Below, in pieces: positions 42,570 to 56,556 of a DNA stretch of 64,000 nt. The notes under the pieces were generated by a model. It was not told the DNA's origin. It was given only the letters and a program-made list of their open reading frames with translations, and did not search any database. Position numbers and translations under genes: made by a program. This stretch comes from Tubulanus polymorphus (Eukaryota > Animalia > Nemertea). The stretch covers positions 1,116,001-1,180,000 of the forward strand of contig NC_134025.1 of the NCBI RefSeq assembly GCF_964204645.1, in the 5' to 3' direction. How positions within the stretch are numbered: position 1 is the first letter of the stretch; the number at the start of each line of letters is the position of its first letter.

Positions 42570-43649
42570 ATTTTACAAATGTAAGAATCTACATCTAGAC
42601 TTAAAGAAAAAACAGTAGAAGTGACCTGATTTTTAACATCGAACATAAAACTATATTCACAATATTCACAAATAGACATTAACATTCATACAATGAAAAT
42701 AACGCTTTCTTTCAATCATGACGTTGACTGTTTACACATTAAACACTTTACTAAAGCCTACTTAGGCGTTCTAAATCCTCAATCTCAGCCTAATTCCTAA
42801 AATATGTCAATTGTAATGTGTTTAACATTGACCCCTAGTCCGTTAGTTCGTTATTGTAAATGTCATGTGAGTGTCAACAAGTAGGCCTAAGACAAGTGCG
42901 AGATGTGATGTGACAAGTTTGAAAAAAATTCGTTGGTTGTCGTCGTCGTCGTTGTTGTATGGACTATACTTTTATAATCAGTCACTAGTACAGTACACGT
43001 CACAACCTCGATTGGCAATGATTGAATCCCCTTATTTATTTAAAGGTTGCTTGTGGGCCTTTGGCTGCTTAGATCCGTTAGTGTTAGGAAAAAAATCGAA
43101 AATATTTATTTATTTTTCCTCACCTAAGAACCCGGAAATGAATGATTCGGAAGTACATTAATTTTCACCCTGGCATGCCAGGGTTCAAATATGGAGCTAT
43201 CCTCGTTAAGAATCTTCGCATGCCAGCGCACGGATCTATTCCATGGCTCGGAGCTATCCTCCGGCCGAAGACCCTCACGTACCGGCGGCTCATTCACTTC
43301 TCCGCGGTATATTCGATCGGCATTTTTCGATGTGTAAATAGATGATGATCCGGCGTTCGATATGAAAAATCGAGCACGAGCACACTCACTAACCACTGGA
43401 CCATAGACCCGTGGTAGTCACAGTGGATTTTAAGTTTAGTTTTTGGTATGCAACTTTGTATGTGTTTGCGATTTTCAGAATACATCGCCAACAGTTTTTC
43501 AAACGGATGAACAAACATACAGCTAGTGGGGTTAACTGAGGACACACATGATGATAATTAATTGAATTTAATTCATGGATTTGATCGAAATGATTTTGGT
43601 GGCGTTAATCGGGTTCGAATCCCATCAGAACATTTTGATTTTCTACACA

Positions 43650-43759
43650 GGCGGGAATATCAGCACTTTTCATTGGTCAGGATAATGACGTCACACTGTC
43701 AGTATAAAAACCCAGGTCAGCTGATCCCTCCTTCCAGTTCGGCCATTTTGCAGGTGAGC
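43650..43759 (+). promoter_or_regulatory. compact Pol II promoter plus micro first exon
   Basis: GGCGGGAA (43650), ATTGG (43672), TGACGTCA (43686), TATAAAAA (43703), Inr-like CCAGTT (43734), GGCCATTTTG (43741), donor CAG/gtgagc (43754). Confidence 0.65.
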
Positions 43760-45254
43760 AAAGATTAATTTTTTTTCTATCAGATTTTAAAAGTGAATTT
43801 TTATAACTATACCTCAAATATTTCTTGTACCATTTACGTAAGGTAATTTCCGAAAATAAGTTCCGAAAGGACAAATTATTAACTAGGTGCGAAATGTGTG
43901 TAAATTTGGTTATTTTACTTATTAAAAGCACTTTCCATGTTACTCTTAAAATTTTTGAAGAATTCGCAATTTCCATGACATTGATTTTCAATATAGATAG
44001 CCATAATTAAGAAATTATATGCAATTTCATTGTTTAAAGCATCTGTAAAAGTTAAGTAAATTTTCTGCTGTTCATTTAATCTACGCGGTAAAGCGGCTCG
44101 TTGACATGCCTAGGTGTAATACACAGACAGCTCAGTCTATTGAACCATGACTCGAATCTATAGAAACCTTTCATTCGAAGCGTCGTTCAACTTAATCCTG
44201 CTGGCTTCTACATCTATTATTAAGAAAATAATGATAAAATAATTTAATGTTAATTATTATTATTACTTAATAGAAACTCGATTTAGCTATTTCTTAGAAT
44301 CAATAATTTTCGATTTTCTTGATTTTTATAAGATTGTTTTTACATTGCAGTAGCAGCAGCAGCATCAACAGCAGCAGTTATAAAAGCAACAGCAGCAGTA
44401 CAACGAAAACTACAACAATTACAACTTCAACAATTAAAACTTGAACTTCAACTTTGAATATGTCTACAAAATATGACCTTTTTTCGGGACTGTTGAAGCT
44501 GGTTCGCGCCGAGGTGCTGACGCTCGACCCTGAAACCCTCGGCGCGTTTTTTGATTTGAGTAAGTACAAAGTCTACTTCATCAATCTCAATCTGGGGTAT
44601 CTCAAATTCTCGATTATTTTTCATGAACATCTCAAATTATTTGATTTCCAACATCCGAAATTATTTGATCTCAAATTCACAATCACAATTATTTTATCTA
44701 AATCTCCTTTTTATCTAAATATCCTAAATCTCAAATTGTCTAAATCTCAATTATTTCGAATATCATCAATTAAAAAATCTAATATTATCTAATTTCAATT
44801 TCTTTCAATTCTCTTTTTAATTTTGGAAAACTCAATTTATGTCACACTGATAAAATTAGGAAATCTATTTTGAACATATCATTTTATGTTTCTAGTCTCT
44901 TATTCTATTTCAAATTACTCAATATTGTTCGAGTATAATTTTTTCATTTTGACATATGATGCAATTTTGTCACCACTCTTAAACTCAATTGAATTTGCTA
45001 TTGAATCTATGGTGAATTAAGTTTGAATTGAATTGAATTGAATAGTGAGTAGAGGCTCTGGTGGATGAGAATTAACTCGAGGAAGTAACTTCATTTCCTG
45101 GTTTCGGTTCCAAATATTGTCCAAATTGTGAAATATTCATCATGTTATTCATATTCCAGTCAATAGAGATAAGTTACAACATAAATAATTTAAACTGTGT
45201 AGGCTTCCAGATCAATGCATTTCATAGAAAATCCTGATTTATGTTTAATAAATC

Positions 45255-45580
45255 AAGTAACTGGACTGCGCGGTTCAGTCCATTTAGTCAGGAAGCAGAC
45301 TGCAGTTTAGTCCCTATTTTAATCAGTAACTGGACTGTGGTGTAGTCCATATTTTAGTCAATAACTGGACTACCGTTTAATCCATATTTTAGTCAATAAC
45401 TGGACTGCGGTGTAGTCCATATTTTAGTGGACTACGGTTTAGTCCATATTTTAGTCAATAACTGGACTGCGGTGTAGTCTATATTTTAGTGGACTATGGT
45501 TTAGTCCATATTTTAGTCAATAACTGGACTGCGGTTAGGTGATAGTTTAGTCAGGAACCGCACAGCTGTTTAGTCCATAT
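45255..45580. repeat. minisatellite with alternating agtcca/tggact inverted motifs
   Basis: Unit ~agtccatattttagtcaataactggactgcggtgt with shorter variants. Confidence 0.85.
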
Positions 45581-46101
45581 CCAGATACCCGTCACATTAT
45601 GGGACCAACTTTTTAGATACCGCTGAAAAGTAGCACTAGTATTAAGGTACTTTTGTTTTTCTCTGCGACTCCAGGATCCGAAAACATGTGATTTTCTTTT
45701 TTTATTAATCATTCATCAACCGTCAGGAAATTCAGGATCACTATTTTTGATTGATTGGTTAAACTTTATTCCTCGTATCTCAAGGTAGTTGCTCAAAACA
45801 GTTTGAGATCCGGAGATTATGACAGGAAGGAGGTACATCTCGCCACTGCTATCATGAGCTTATCTGCGAACTAGTCTCAAGCCGCACCCACTCAATGTTT
45901 ATACTAGATCTAAACTGATGTTTGATACAAATGTCGTTCACTAACTGGGCTCATAGTCAGAATCTTCATCGTCTAATTGTTGGCGAATCCTAGATATTGC
46001 GGCCTTGCGGCAAATACAGTTTGCACACGATTTATTTTGTAATGGATTCATTATTACGGTCAAAGGTTGGCGCCTTGTTAGGTACTGAGTCTTATACAGT
46101 G

Positions 46102-46290
46102 AGTTTACTCAGTATCCGGACCACAGTTTACTCAGTATCCGGACCACAGTTTACTCAGTATCCAGACCACAGTTTACTCAGCATCCGGATGACAGTTTAC
46201 TCAGTATCCGGACCACAGTTTACTCAGTATCCGGACCACAGTTTACTCAGTATCCGGATCACAGTTTACTCAGTATCCGGATCACAGTTT
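46102..46290 (+). repeat. 23-bp minisatellite (~8 copies)
   Basis: Unit agtttactcagtatccggaccac. Confidence 0.95.
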
Positions 46291-47254
46291 AGTGAGGATG
46301 CAGATAGGCCTACCCTTTGACTTAATGTTTTATTTTTCAGAATTCTTTTATTTTCTTGAAGCCATAAAAAGTATTTCCTTTACCATTATCCAGGCCTGAC
46401 ATTTATCTAGGTCTATCCTGTTTTACACCTTACAAGTTCGACAGGGACATTTCATATTGTTTTTTCTGTAAACAACTGCAGCTGTTTTTATAGTGAATTA
46501 TTCCACTGAACGATTCTATACTTGAAGGGTAAGTAGTGATTATTTGAAATACTTAATGAATTCATGTGATATAGGCCTAATTCTAAATATCGTTTATTGT
46601 TCGCTGTTTAATGATGTTTGATTTTCATAGACAAAAATCTTATTGTAATTTGTAGTGAATGGATTTGATTGTATGAGCAGCAGTGGACAGAGTCGTGTGA
46701 AATGGTTTTTACCCCTGGTGGTTGTTTCTAAAGGTACAGCGACAGACAGTGTCATGCGAAATGGTTTGCACCCCCAGTGGTAGTTTCTGAAGGTACAGCA
46801 TGATTGTACAGCAGCGGGAAGTGTCGAGTGAAATGGATCTTACCCCGGCAGTTGTTTCTGAAAGTAAAAGTTTAAGTTTTTTGATTGATGATGAAAATAC
46901 AGAAAATACAGAAGAAATTTGAATGAAATTTTTTGTGTCCTTTTTCTGTTTGTCATGAAATGGAAATGAACTAGACTTACTTAGCAAAAACCATATGGAA
47001 ATGTGCAGTACTCGAAGGAAATACTGTGTATCAAAATTTTTCGAAATAAAATTCGGTGAAAATTCATATTACAAAAACATATTTTCAAACGTATCGCATT
47101 TTGATGGATTTTTTGCCCTTAATGATACTGTAGACTTCACTTAAACTGGTAGACGGTCTATACCTGGTATAATCTGTTCAATTCGATGAAATAAAGATGA
47201 AATGTTGTTTTTCGATACATATGTTTTGCCTTTTATGGTATATTGCTCTGTTCG

Positions 47255-47520
47255 ATGATAATAATAACAATAATATTATGTGTCTAATATAGCCCTAAAT
47301 CCAGCTGCTGCTCAGAGCGCTTTACATTTTCGGTTTTATTGCCCCAGCCATTTAATAGTCTCCTGGGGAGAAGCAACATCCGAACAGCCGCTAGGCGCTC
47401 AGGGGTCATCTATCGGGCCAGGTACCCATTTACTTATGGGTGGAGAGAGGAAATGAGGATAAGTGTCTTGCCGGGGATGCAATGGTAATGTACGGGGTTC
47501 AAATCCATGATGACCTGGTT
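47255..47520 (-). mobile_element. tRNA-derived SINE with conserved central domain and L2-like tail
   Basis: Minus strand ggcaagacacttatcctcatttcctctctccacccataagtaaatgggtacc (CORE/Meta-like); 3' gtaaagcgctctgag...gggctatatt and (TTA)n. Confidence 0.7.
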
Positions 47521-48404
47521 TCCCAGAAAGCTTCCCATATCCCGTAAATGTTCACCTCATTTCCGTTTATTCTCTGGCTAAACCGGTAAACTATAATGGC
47601 TGTTCGCCTATATTATAGAATACGTGTATGTACTATCAACCTTCTATCAATAAGAACATCATTATGTGACGTCCTATGCAAATAAGCTAAGTGACGTCCT
47701 ATAATCGGTGACTTTTTTATTTGATAACCCCTTAAATTTCATGTATCAAAATGAACAAATCGGGTATCTAGCCTCAGCTAACAGCTGACATTGGAATATT
47801 CAATGTCTACGGTCAGAAATATAAATTATATGGGTAATTATAATTAGAAAATGAGCTAATAATTAAATCACGTGACCTTTCAAACGCAAAAAACTCAATG
47901 ATTTTGAATAGCAACACCACAAAAACGCAGCATAAGAACAAACTAACGGGCGCTGCCATTTAACCAAGCCGTCTAGCGGCAGGTTCTCTGCTGAATTCTA
48001 TGCGAAAAACTAAAAATAAAACTGCTATAAGAAATGTCGACGAAAGTCGACAGGGCACAGTACGACCTGAAATAATCTGTAGACGAAAGTGGACTGGGCT
48101 CTGAAAGAGTTATAGAAGAAATTTGGGGATTCACTACATGGTCAGATTGTTTAGAATACAAAGAACTTGATAATTTTGACCGCTATTAGGCTCAATAAAT
48201 CTTTTAATCAATTGATTTTTGCAATTCTTAAAAACCGGTGCCTAATAAGGTAAACAAGAAAATTAACTTTAATAAATTATTTGACGCCTGCGAAAAAATT
48301 TAGAATTTCTGGGATAAGCTAATGTGGAATTGCAAATTTGAAATCGAAGTTTTAAGAAATTTGGGGAATTATGAGATTTGGCGATTGGGTAGATGATACA
48401 GTCT

Positions 48405-48784
48405 TCGACTGGTCTAATTTAAAAAACAATTGTCAACTTGTGACCGACTTCGATTCACTTTTGCCTCTAAGCTGGTCTGCAACTTCATTGCCTCCATGGT
48501 TGAAGAAAGAGCTCTTCTGATGTCTGCTTCATCATGACTTCGAGCATATCGTGTAGCCAGCCGGCCCGGTCCCGGGGCCCGGTTTGGCTGTCACTCGATA
48601 TCCTAGACTTGAGTCTGGGTTGACATCGTCATTTAAATAACTTATTCATGTTATTCTGTATGAATTACCCATGTGTCTTGTATTTTGTATTTTCTTAGTT
48701 TAAAATTTGTAACTTTATTGAATTTGGGAATTTTATCCCGGAATTTCAATGTAATAAGGATCAATAAAGTATTGAATTGAATTG
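48405..48784 (+). mobile_element. probable 5'-truncated LINE 3' end
   Basis: Terminal peptide FKKQLSTCDRLRFTFASKLVCNFIASMVEER; GC hairpin 48555-48590; AATAAA followed by (ATTGA)n tail. Confidence 0.45.
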
Positions 48785-50797
48785 TCACCTTATACACATG
48801 CCATCAGTGGACGCGGAGCCGTATATGACAGCTATGCTATTATAAATTGCTAATCTCATGAAACCTGCATACCCCTAATATCGAACATATTTTCTAAAAC
48901 ATCTGAATATTGAAATTATATGTTTACACGTTTTTATATAGACCGCTGTAGCCGCCGATGAAATTCACGCCCGCCCTACTCAGATCGTAGATAGCTTCGT
49001 CATTCCACTAGCATCCCCATGACAGGGTCTGACTTTTATATCAGACTTCCAAATCGTGTATACATCCGCCATTTAACCGAATAATCCGATTTACTTATCA
49101 TTTCTATTTAAGCCTGCCGCTCCTGATATAATCATGCATCATTTACTATTACAATACGTCTTCTCATGATATTCAATGCAATATAACATTCCGACGTTCA
49201 AATAGAGGTCATTATATAATCACAGGGAGCCATTCTACATCTTTATCAATAATATTTTGCCAAATAGCTTGTATGTGTACACATAAACCTGTGACGTTTT
49301 GCACATCGATTTACGGTTGTCGTTTGTAAAATGACGCTGAATGGTTAGCATTGTTTAGGTTTCATAATGGTAACGTTTTATAAGGCGTCAAAAAATAGAA
49401 GGTGCCAAACTGTAGCAGTTTAGGCGGAGGCTACTGTATGATGAATATCAGCTGAAATGGCTGTGCATGGAATTTTGTTGATCTGAATAAATGAATGGCT
49501 GCTGTACGATGAATTATACATTCTAGGTGAGTTATGTAATGAATATGTGGAGTACCAATTGGCCTATTGCTGACAATGAATATTCGATTGGGAAAAATGA
49601 ATTACAGCCATTTATGTTGATAGTGAAATATTGTTCTTCAAAATGAATGTATTATATTTGTAGCGAGTGTTGTTTCTGAAGGTGCAGTAGTGGGCAGTGT
49701 TGTGTGAAATGGTTTTTACTGGTTTTAGATTCAGCGAAGTGAAATTATTTGTGTCGTTTTTCTGTTTTAATTCATGCTGTAAATAGTTTAAACAATAAAA
49801 TTTAAAAAAAATCAGTCATATTTTTATCTTCATTTTTGAGAAAATTCAGAAGAAAATATAATATGTTCACACTTGCCTCATGTTCAGAGGAAATGAAATG
49901 CAAGTTCTCCCACTTACCGTGGATGGAGTGTGGCCCTGTATGCAATAAAAAAGTGTTCTACAAAATAATTGAATACATTTCTGAAGTTTGGACTCATTTT
50001 TCACTCGTCCATTTGAAAAGTAATTACTGAATAAAAGGAATTATCAATTAATTTTTTGTTGATACAGCGCGACATCTGTTGTTTTAAATTAGATCTTTTA
50101 TCGTTGCAAAGTTTCCACTTCAATTGGTTGATAAATGAAAAGTTATCATGCGTGTTATTCCAAAGGGGTTCCCAGATTTTGAAACCAGGGTCATGGGTAA
50201 CAATTCCATTCATTATAATGTATAGTTTTTGTCACCTGGAACCTGGTACATCATCACCCCAGAAAAAAAATCAAGTGTATTTTTGATTCATGATTTGCTA
50301 CCAAAATTGATTGTCAAGGTAATGGTAGGATGTAATTTATTACAATCAGTAGTTCCATTAATGGATTAACAAAAGTGTACCCGTCCACGTACAGGGTTGG
50401 TTCTGAAATATGTAAGTATATAAGACATTTATAAAATGTGTATTGAAAGATTCAATCATCAGCCTCATTGATAATATACTGTCGACTAATCGTTATGATG
50501 TAATGGATGATGCAAATCATAAAAGGGGTTAAAAGTGTAGTTACAACAGAGTTAGTTGTACAACCGTATTGTACAACCAGTGACATGATCACTTCTCGCA
50601 AAATAAGCTTACAATCGCTTCCAAACGTTCAAATGACCCTTCTTACCCAACTCTTTGTTTTTTCCATCACATCACATTCACCTATTGGATAACTGCATTA
50701 TTTTATAGGTAACTATTTACAAATATGATAATTATATGCGAACATGTCATTTATGTGTAATATGCATGATCCTTAATGTTTTTTTTTTTCATTCCAG

Positions 50798-51576
50798 ATT
50801 TGGATATAATTAATAATATAATGAAAGATCAGTCTGAAGCAGCCCGCAGAGCACTTCCGGGATTGAAAAACGTTTACAAAAGGTGCGTTACTAATATCTG
50901 CGGGCCTAAGGAGCCAACTCCTCCTAAAATAATTCCACCATTTGAGTTGGTTCCTTTGCAGGAGGTGGACCCTGCTTCTCCCGTAAATGTGGAGCAGGAG
51001 GTCGCCCCTGCAGTGGTGACCCCGACAGAGGCGCCACAGCTTCAGACGCCTTCACTGCGTCGGTCGCCCCGTCGAAAGACAAAAGATATAAATTACGCAA
51101 TAGGTACGGGGCGTCCGAAAACAAAAAAGAAAGGCAAGCGTGCCGCTCATCCTCTTCCACCGAAACAGCTCAACTTTGAAGAGGAGAGCAGTGATGAGGA
51201 TCTCGCCAATCCTGGAGCACAAACACCACCACCACCAGGGCCCGCAACACCTCCACCACTTCACGCAACACCTCCACCACCTCCACCACCGCCATCTAAG
51301 ACTAAGACTAAGAGTAAGAAAAGACAAACTAAAAAAAGAGCACTTGAAGAAGATGAAGAAGAAGATGATGATAATGATATTTTTGTAACGCCCGCCCAGG
51401 CTTCGACATCGGGCGCTCCAGCGGGGGCACCACCTTCCCCCGCTGTCGAGCTTATCGCGCGCGGCCCTGGTTGGTCTCGTAACATCGATTTTAAAGATCC
51501 AATAAGAATGCTCCGCGATGTTGAAGGGGCATTTAAAGGTAAATTTCAAATGGTTAAACGTCGGCGAACACAATAG
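50798..51576 (+). CDS. terminal exon of an orphan Pro/Lys/Glu-rich, probably nuclear, disordered protein
   Basis: Strong acceptor (T)12cattccag; 259 open codons, GC-rich relative to flanks; AATAAA at ~51781; phase-compatible with upstream exon 44460-44559. Confidence 0.6.
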
Positions 51577-52045
51577 TATAATATCAGCCCCTTCACTCGC
51601 CATCACCCGGGCAACAACATCAGCCCAGCACGTCTGCAGATCGGCACTTCTTGAAACCCAGTTTTCCCTTCCTCCTTCGTCGATCTGCAGGTTGCGCAGT
51701 GTTAAATATCTGTCAACACTCCTTGAACCAGTGGGCGTGCAGTCCTTCCTTATTTTTATTTGAAAAAAAAATAATGAAAAAATAAAAACCAGACATGTAA
51801 ATATGGATTTTATGGAGTTTTACGGTTAATCTCCAAAAAAATAATTAAAAACTAAAAATGAAAAAAAAGTCATTTATCATTTCATCAATTTATTTATTTC
51901 TTTGGATAAAATTAGATATTTATCCATCTCATCATTCATTTATATTTAAAATAATTTATTTATTTATTTTTAACATTTTATTTGACTGTACGTCCCACTG
52001 TGTTCCACACCATTTCATTACAATACCCGTTTCATTTTCGTTCTC

Positions 52046-52730
52046 ATGATGCTGAAGCATTTACCATCCTTGCTACTACTTCGCATCAGTAATTATCCAT
52101 ACCACCTAATTGTGGCAGTAGCCTTCTTAGGAGTCATCAATTCTAATGCTACGGTCAGCCTTTTCAAATGTCTTTTGGGATATAGACCATCCTTGCTACT
52201 ACTTTGCATCAGTAATTATCCATACCACCTGATTGTGGCAGTAGCCTTCTTAGGGATCATCAATTCTAATGCTATGATAAGCCTTTTCAAATGTCTTTTG
52301 GGATATAGACCATCCTTGCTACTACAACACCTTATTCATTAAGGTTCATTTTGCTTCCCACGATGCTGAAGCATTTACCATTCTTGCCACGCATTCCATT
52401 GCAACACCTTTTTAATTAAGGTTCATTTTGCTTCTCACGATGCTGAAGCATTTACCATCCTTGCTACTACTTCCATTACAGTACCTTAATCATTAAGGTT
52501 GATTTTGCTTCTCATGATGCTGAAGCATATACCATCCTTGCTACTACTTCCATTACAATACCTTAATCATTAAGGTTGATTTTGCTTCTCATGATGCTGA
52601 AGCATTTACCATCCTTGCCACTACTTTGCAGCAGTAGCCATCCATACCACCTAATTGTGGCAGTAGCCTTCTTAGGAGTCATCAATTCTAATGCCATGGT
52701 CAGCCTTTTGAAATGTCTTTCGGGATATGC
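52046..52730 (+). repeat. composite tandem repeat (~120-bp and ~75-bp units)
   Basis: Recurrent gatgctgaagcatttaccatccttgctactactt and ccataccacctaattgtggcagtagccttcttagg blocks. Confidence 0.88.
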
Positions 52731-53570
52731 AGGGAATCAATTCCTACAATAAGTCCTATGGAGTTAGAAAAATGTAGATTTTTCAAATCAAAAAGAACAG
52801 CTATGATTCACATAATGTGATTCCTTATCAAACTTGGAACATGGAGAAGGAATAGCTATGTTTCACACATAATGCGTTTCCTTATGAAGCTGAAAATAAC
52901 ATGGAGAAGGAACAGCTATGTTTCACATAATGCGATTCCTTAGGAAACTACATTGAAACAGATTGTTCAATGTTCCATGTTGCCCCCTCCCCCAATACTA
53001 TGACGTTTATACGTCAAGTGCAAAACCATTATATCGTTATTTACATACTTGTTTTTCTAATTACAGAATTAAAGATTAATTTAATATGATGCAAAACCTT
53101 GAATGATTGAAATGTTAATATCTAATGCTCAACAACGGAGGGAAATCCTTCACACGTGATCGAAAGGATTTAAAATGTTTACTCATAAGGAAAAGGAATA
53201 TATATTTATATACGTGAGATTGCCTGGATTGAAAATTGCACAAGAAAGGAAACCACAGCAAAGACTATGGTAATCAATTTCATTACATTTCTTGGGTGTG
53301 AAAGTTCACTGGATCAGTGATCTATGCATGAATTTACGAGTTCTTAATTGAACATGCAAAAATCTGCAAAAATGCAATGATAAAGAATCTTAGATAAAAA
53401 AAGAATAAAATAAAGATCTTGGATTAGAGAATTAGTCGTAATCACTTCAGTGATCAGGTTTTATTGATTGATATTGATCTCTACTTATCCTAACAATCAC
53501 CAGGATGAAGATTTGAGTTTAAGATTCTTGTTAGATTAATCTGCATCTCTTGTTGAAATCAATAAGGCAT

Positions 53571-53950
53571 ATGAGAGAGGAGGTTCAGGGAGGTATGAGA
53601 GAGGAGGTCCAGGGAGGTATGAGAGAGGAGGTTCAGGGAGGTATGAGAGAGGAGGTCCAGGGAGGTATGAGAGAGGAGGTTCAGGGAGGTATGAGAGAGG
53701 AGGTCCAGGGAGGTATGAGAGAGGAGGTCCAGGGAGGTATGAGAGAGGAGGTTCAGGGAATATGAGAGTTTATGGAGATATGATAGAGGAGTTTATGGAG
53801 ATATGATAGTGGAGGAGTTTATGGAGAGAGAGAGGAGTTTAAGGAGATATGATAGAGGAGTTTATGGAGATATGATAGAGGAGTTTATGGAGATATGATA
53901 GAGGAGTTTATGGAGAGAGAGAGGAGTTTAAGGAGATATGATAGAGGAGA
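53571..53950 (+). repeat. purine-rich minisatellites (24-bp x8, then ggagtttatggagatatgataga variants)
   Basis: atgagagaggaggtycagggaggt. Confidence 0.95.
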
Positions 53951-55699
53951 TGGTCTAAAAGGAAAATTGTTAAGTACATAACAATCGAGCAACTCAGTAA
54001 TAGACATCGCTTTGATAAAGTAACTTCTGGTCCCTCGATTGGGATCTAGATTGCAGGAATTGTGTTTAGCGATTGAAATATGGTTGATAGAGCGTGGAAT
54101 TGTTTCCATGTAGGCGAGCAATGCATAAAACACACTCAGATTAAGGCTGTTGAGAGTGAATTATCAATAGATTTAAGAAATCTACGATGAAGTTGTTTCC
54201 AAGAGGTCGATTATTCATATAGCAGTTAATCAGATCAGGTTCTCAGGTGCTTCCTTGGTCCCCAAAAACGGCATAAGTTGTATCAAAGTATGTGATATAT
54301 TCTACTAATTTATTGCATGAAAAGAGGCTACTCGTAGTTTCTCAGCCACTTTGTAATTATTGTTGTGAAGAGGTCACAAAATCCAAACTTAAACCAGCAT
54401 CATCAATAGATTTCTACTGACTGAGATCCAGTCATACTGCTCATGTCAAACAGTTTGTTGTATTTTTGTGGTACCAGTTTTTCACTTGCCAAGAATGAAC
54501 AAAATTCCCAAATTTTGAGTCCTTCAGTGCTGAAATTCCAATTTAATACAAATTTTCCTAATCTTAACTTTCCAAAAATTTTAACTTTTCCTATCCTATT
54601 TCTTGTCGAAAATTTCATACCAGTTCTCAAAATTATTTGCGGTTTTTGAATATCTGCGGAATATGATTAATTATTTTCCTGGTTTCGTTTTTACTATTGC
54701 CCAGAATCATATCTTATATGAATTATTATCACTATTATTTGATTCTTTTGCTGATTGATTACAGATCTTTTCGGGTTTGGTTCGTTATAATGATCGATCG
54801 AGGTGATCCATCTAAAACTATTTCATCTGTATGAATTTTGAAGTATTCATGTCTGAAAAAAATTCATTGATATTTCTAAACCAGTAATTGTGAAAAAATT
54901 CTAAAAACAATTTTACACGTATCTTAAGACTATTCTAGAAACGATTTTATTTCAATTTTAATGAATTTTTTTTTCGAAAACTATTTATCTGAATTTTAAT
55001 ATATTAAAGTAACTATTTTAAATCTGAATTTTAGAATACCTGTGATATCAAAAAACTTATATCTTAATTTAATCTTATTTTATTTGTATATATTTTAAAA
55101 ACTGTTCAATTTGTGTATATTTTGAAAACTATTTGATTTGTGTATATTTTAAAAACTATTTCATTTGTATATATTTCAAAAACTATTTAATTTGTTTATA
55201 TTTTAAAAACTATTTCATTTGTATATATTTTAAAAACTATTTAATTTGTTTATATTTTAAAAACTATTTCATTTGAATATATTTTAAAAACTATTGTTTA
55301 TATTCATTTAGAACGATATTTTATTTGTATTTTAATACTTACTAAAAGATCAATTTGATGAAATATTTTATATTTGACTATCACTGTGTATATTCGAACC
55401 CCAGTGATTTCATGAGAATGGAATAACTGAAGGTCCAGGTTTTATCACCGAATACTCTTTGACACAATTACGTGGTCCACAACACAGATATAAATAGTGG
55501 TTATATAAAAGGCCCATGTTGTATATAGTGCACGCATAAAGAGCTTTTACTCGTAGTTGATATAGGCTTAGTAAATGTGAAATGTGATTGAGAACTTTTT
55601 CTCATACTTTCTTTGCCTTTTTTCTTATAGTTTTCTTTTCTTCAATTTTCTACCAATGACAGAAAATCCACTCATTTTCAGTCGGTGTTTCACTATCAT

Positions 55700-56172
55700 G
55701 GAACGTGATAAATAAAACAAACAGTCCAAGGGTATTTTTCATATGATATTTTCAGCGTCTCGACGTATGAAATTGACGTAGATTATTGAAGCGTAGATTC
55801 AGAGAATCGCTACTAGGTGGCGTGTCAGATTATTAGTTCAATGACATCAGATAGACATAATAAAACAACCAGTTGTAGTACAAACAGTAACAACAAACTT
55901 TATTTTCCTGCACAATATACAATTAGTAGTAAAGTCCAATACTATCTTTGAATTAGATTTCCCTCTAGCCTAAAGGCTAGCGGTCATGTTATTATTTTTA
56001 TTGGACGTCAACTCAGCTTTTTCAAAACTTGTTTTGAACGTAATGATAATCTACGGAATTTTTGGAAATGATATAAATCAACGCAAATTTGATGTCATCA
56101 TAACAAAATATTTCGCTGAAAACATCATATAGAAAATACACTCGGATTTTTTTGTCTTATTTATTTCGTTCC
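55700..56172. mobile_element. old MITE with ~60-bp imperfect TIRs
   Basis: ggaacgtgataaataaaacaaa...tatgatattttcagcg vs cgctgaaaacatcata...tcttatttatttcgttcc. Confidence 0.65.
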
Positions 56173-56556
56173 GTTCAATACCGTACTCAGTTCCACAGTT
56201 TGATTTGGATACAAGAATTTAAATACATACAATTGCACAACTGTTGAAGTGGGATTTGTAAAATTGTGAGCATGACGTTTATGATTAATCACTAGTGTGT
56301 TTCAAGTTAGCCTTAGTTTAGATTAGTTGATTTAAGTCTATTTTAGTTTAAGTTTAAGTTCGTTTAGGTCAAGTTGATTAAGTTGTAACTATTGCTGTTA
56401 ACTTAAAGTACATATAAACCTCTGATAAACTGAGGGTCAATTTATCTTATGATAAGTTACACTCGGGTATATCAATAATCAATAATCCCATTTAAGATCT
56501 TTAATTTTATGCAGTTCAGAGATTTTCACTGAATAAAATAGTAACATCTTAGAATG

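Noticed and set aside
49836-50412. Cys-rich ORF fragments as a KDZ/CxC transposase
   Set aside because: No diagnostic motif and frames are broken; left as possible decayed exons
53550-53765. MREEVQGG-repeat ORF and similar ORFs at 45997, 52046, 60575-61157 and 63214
   Set aside because: Products of minisatellites; no splice or domain support
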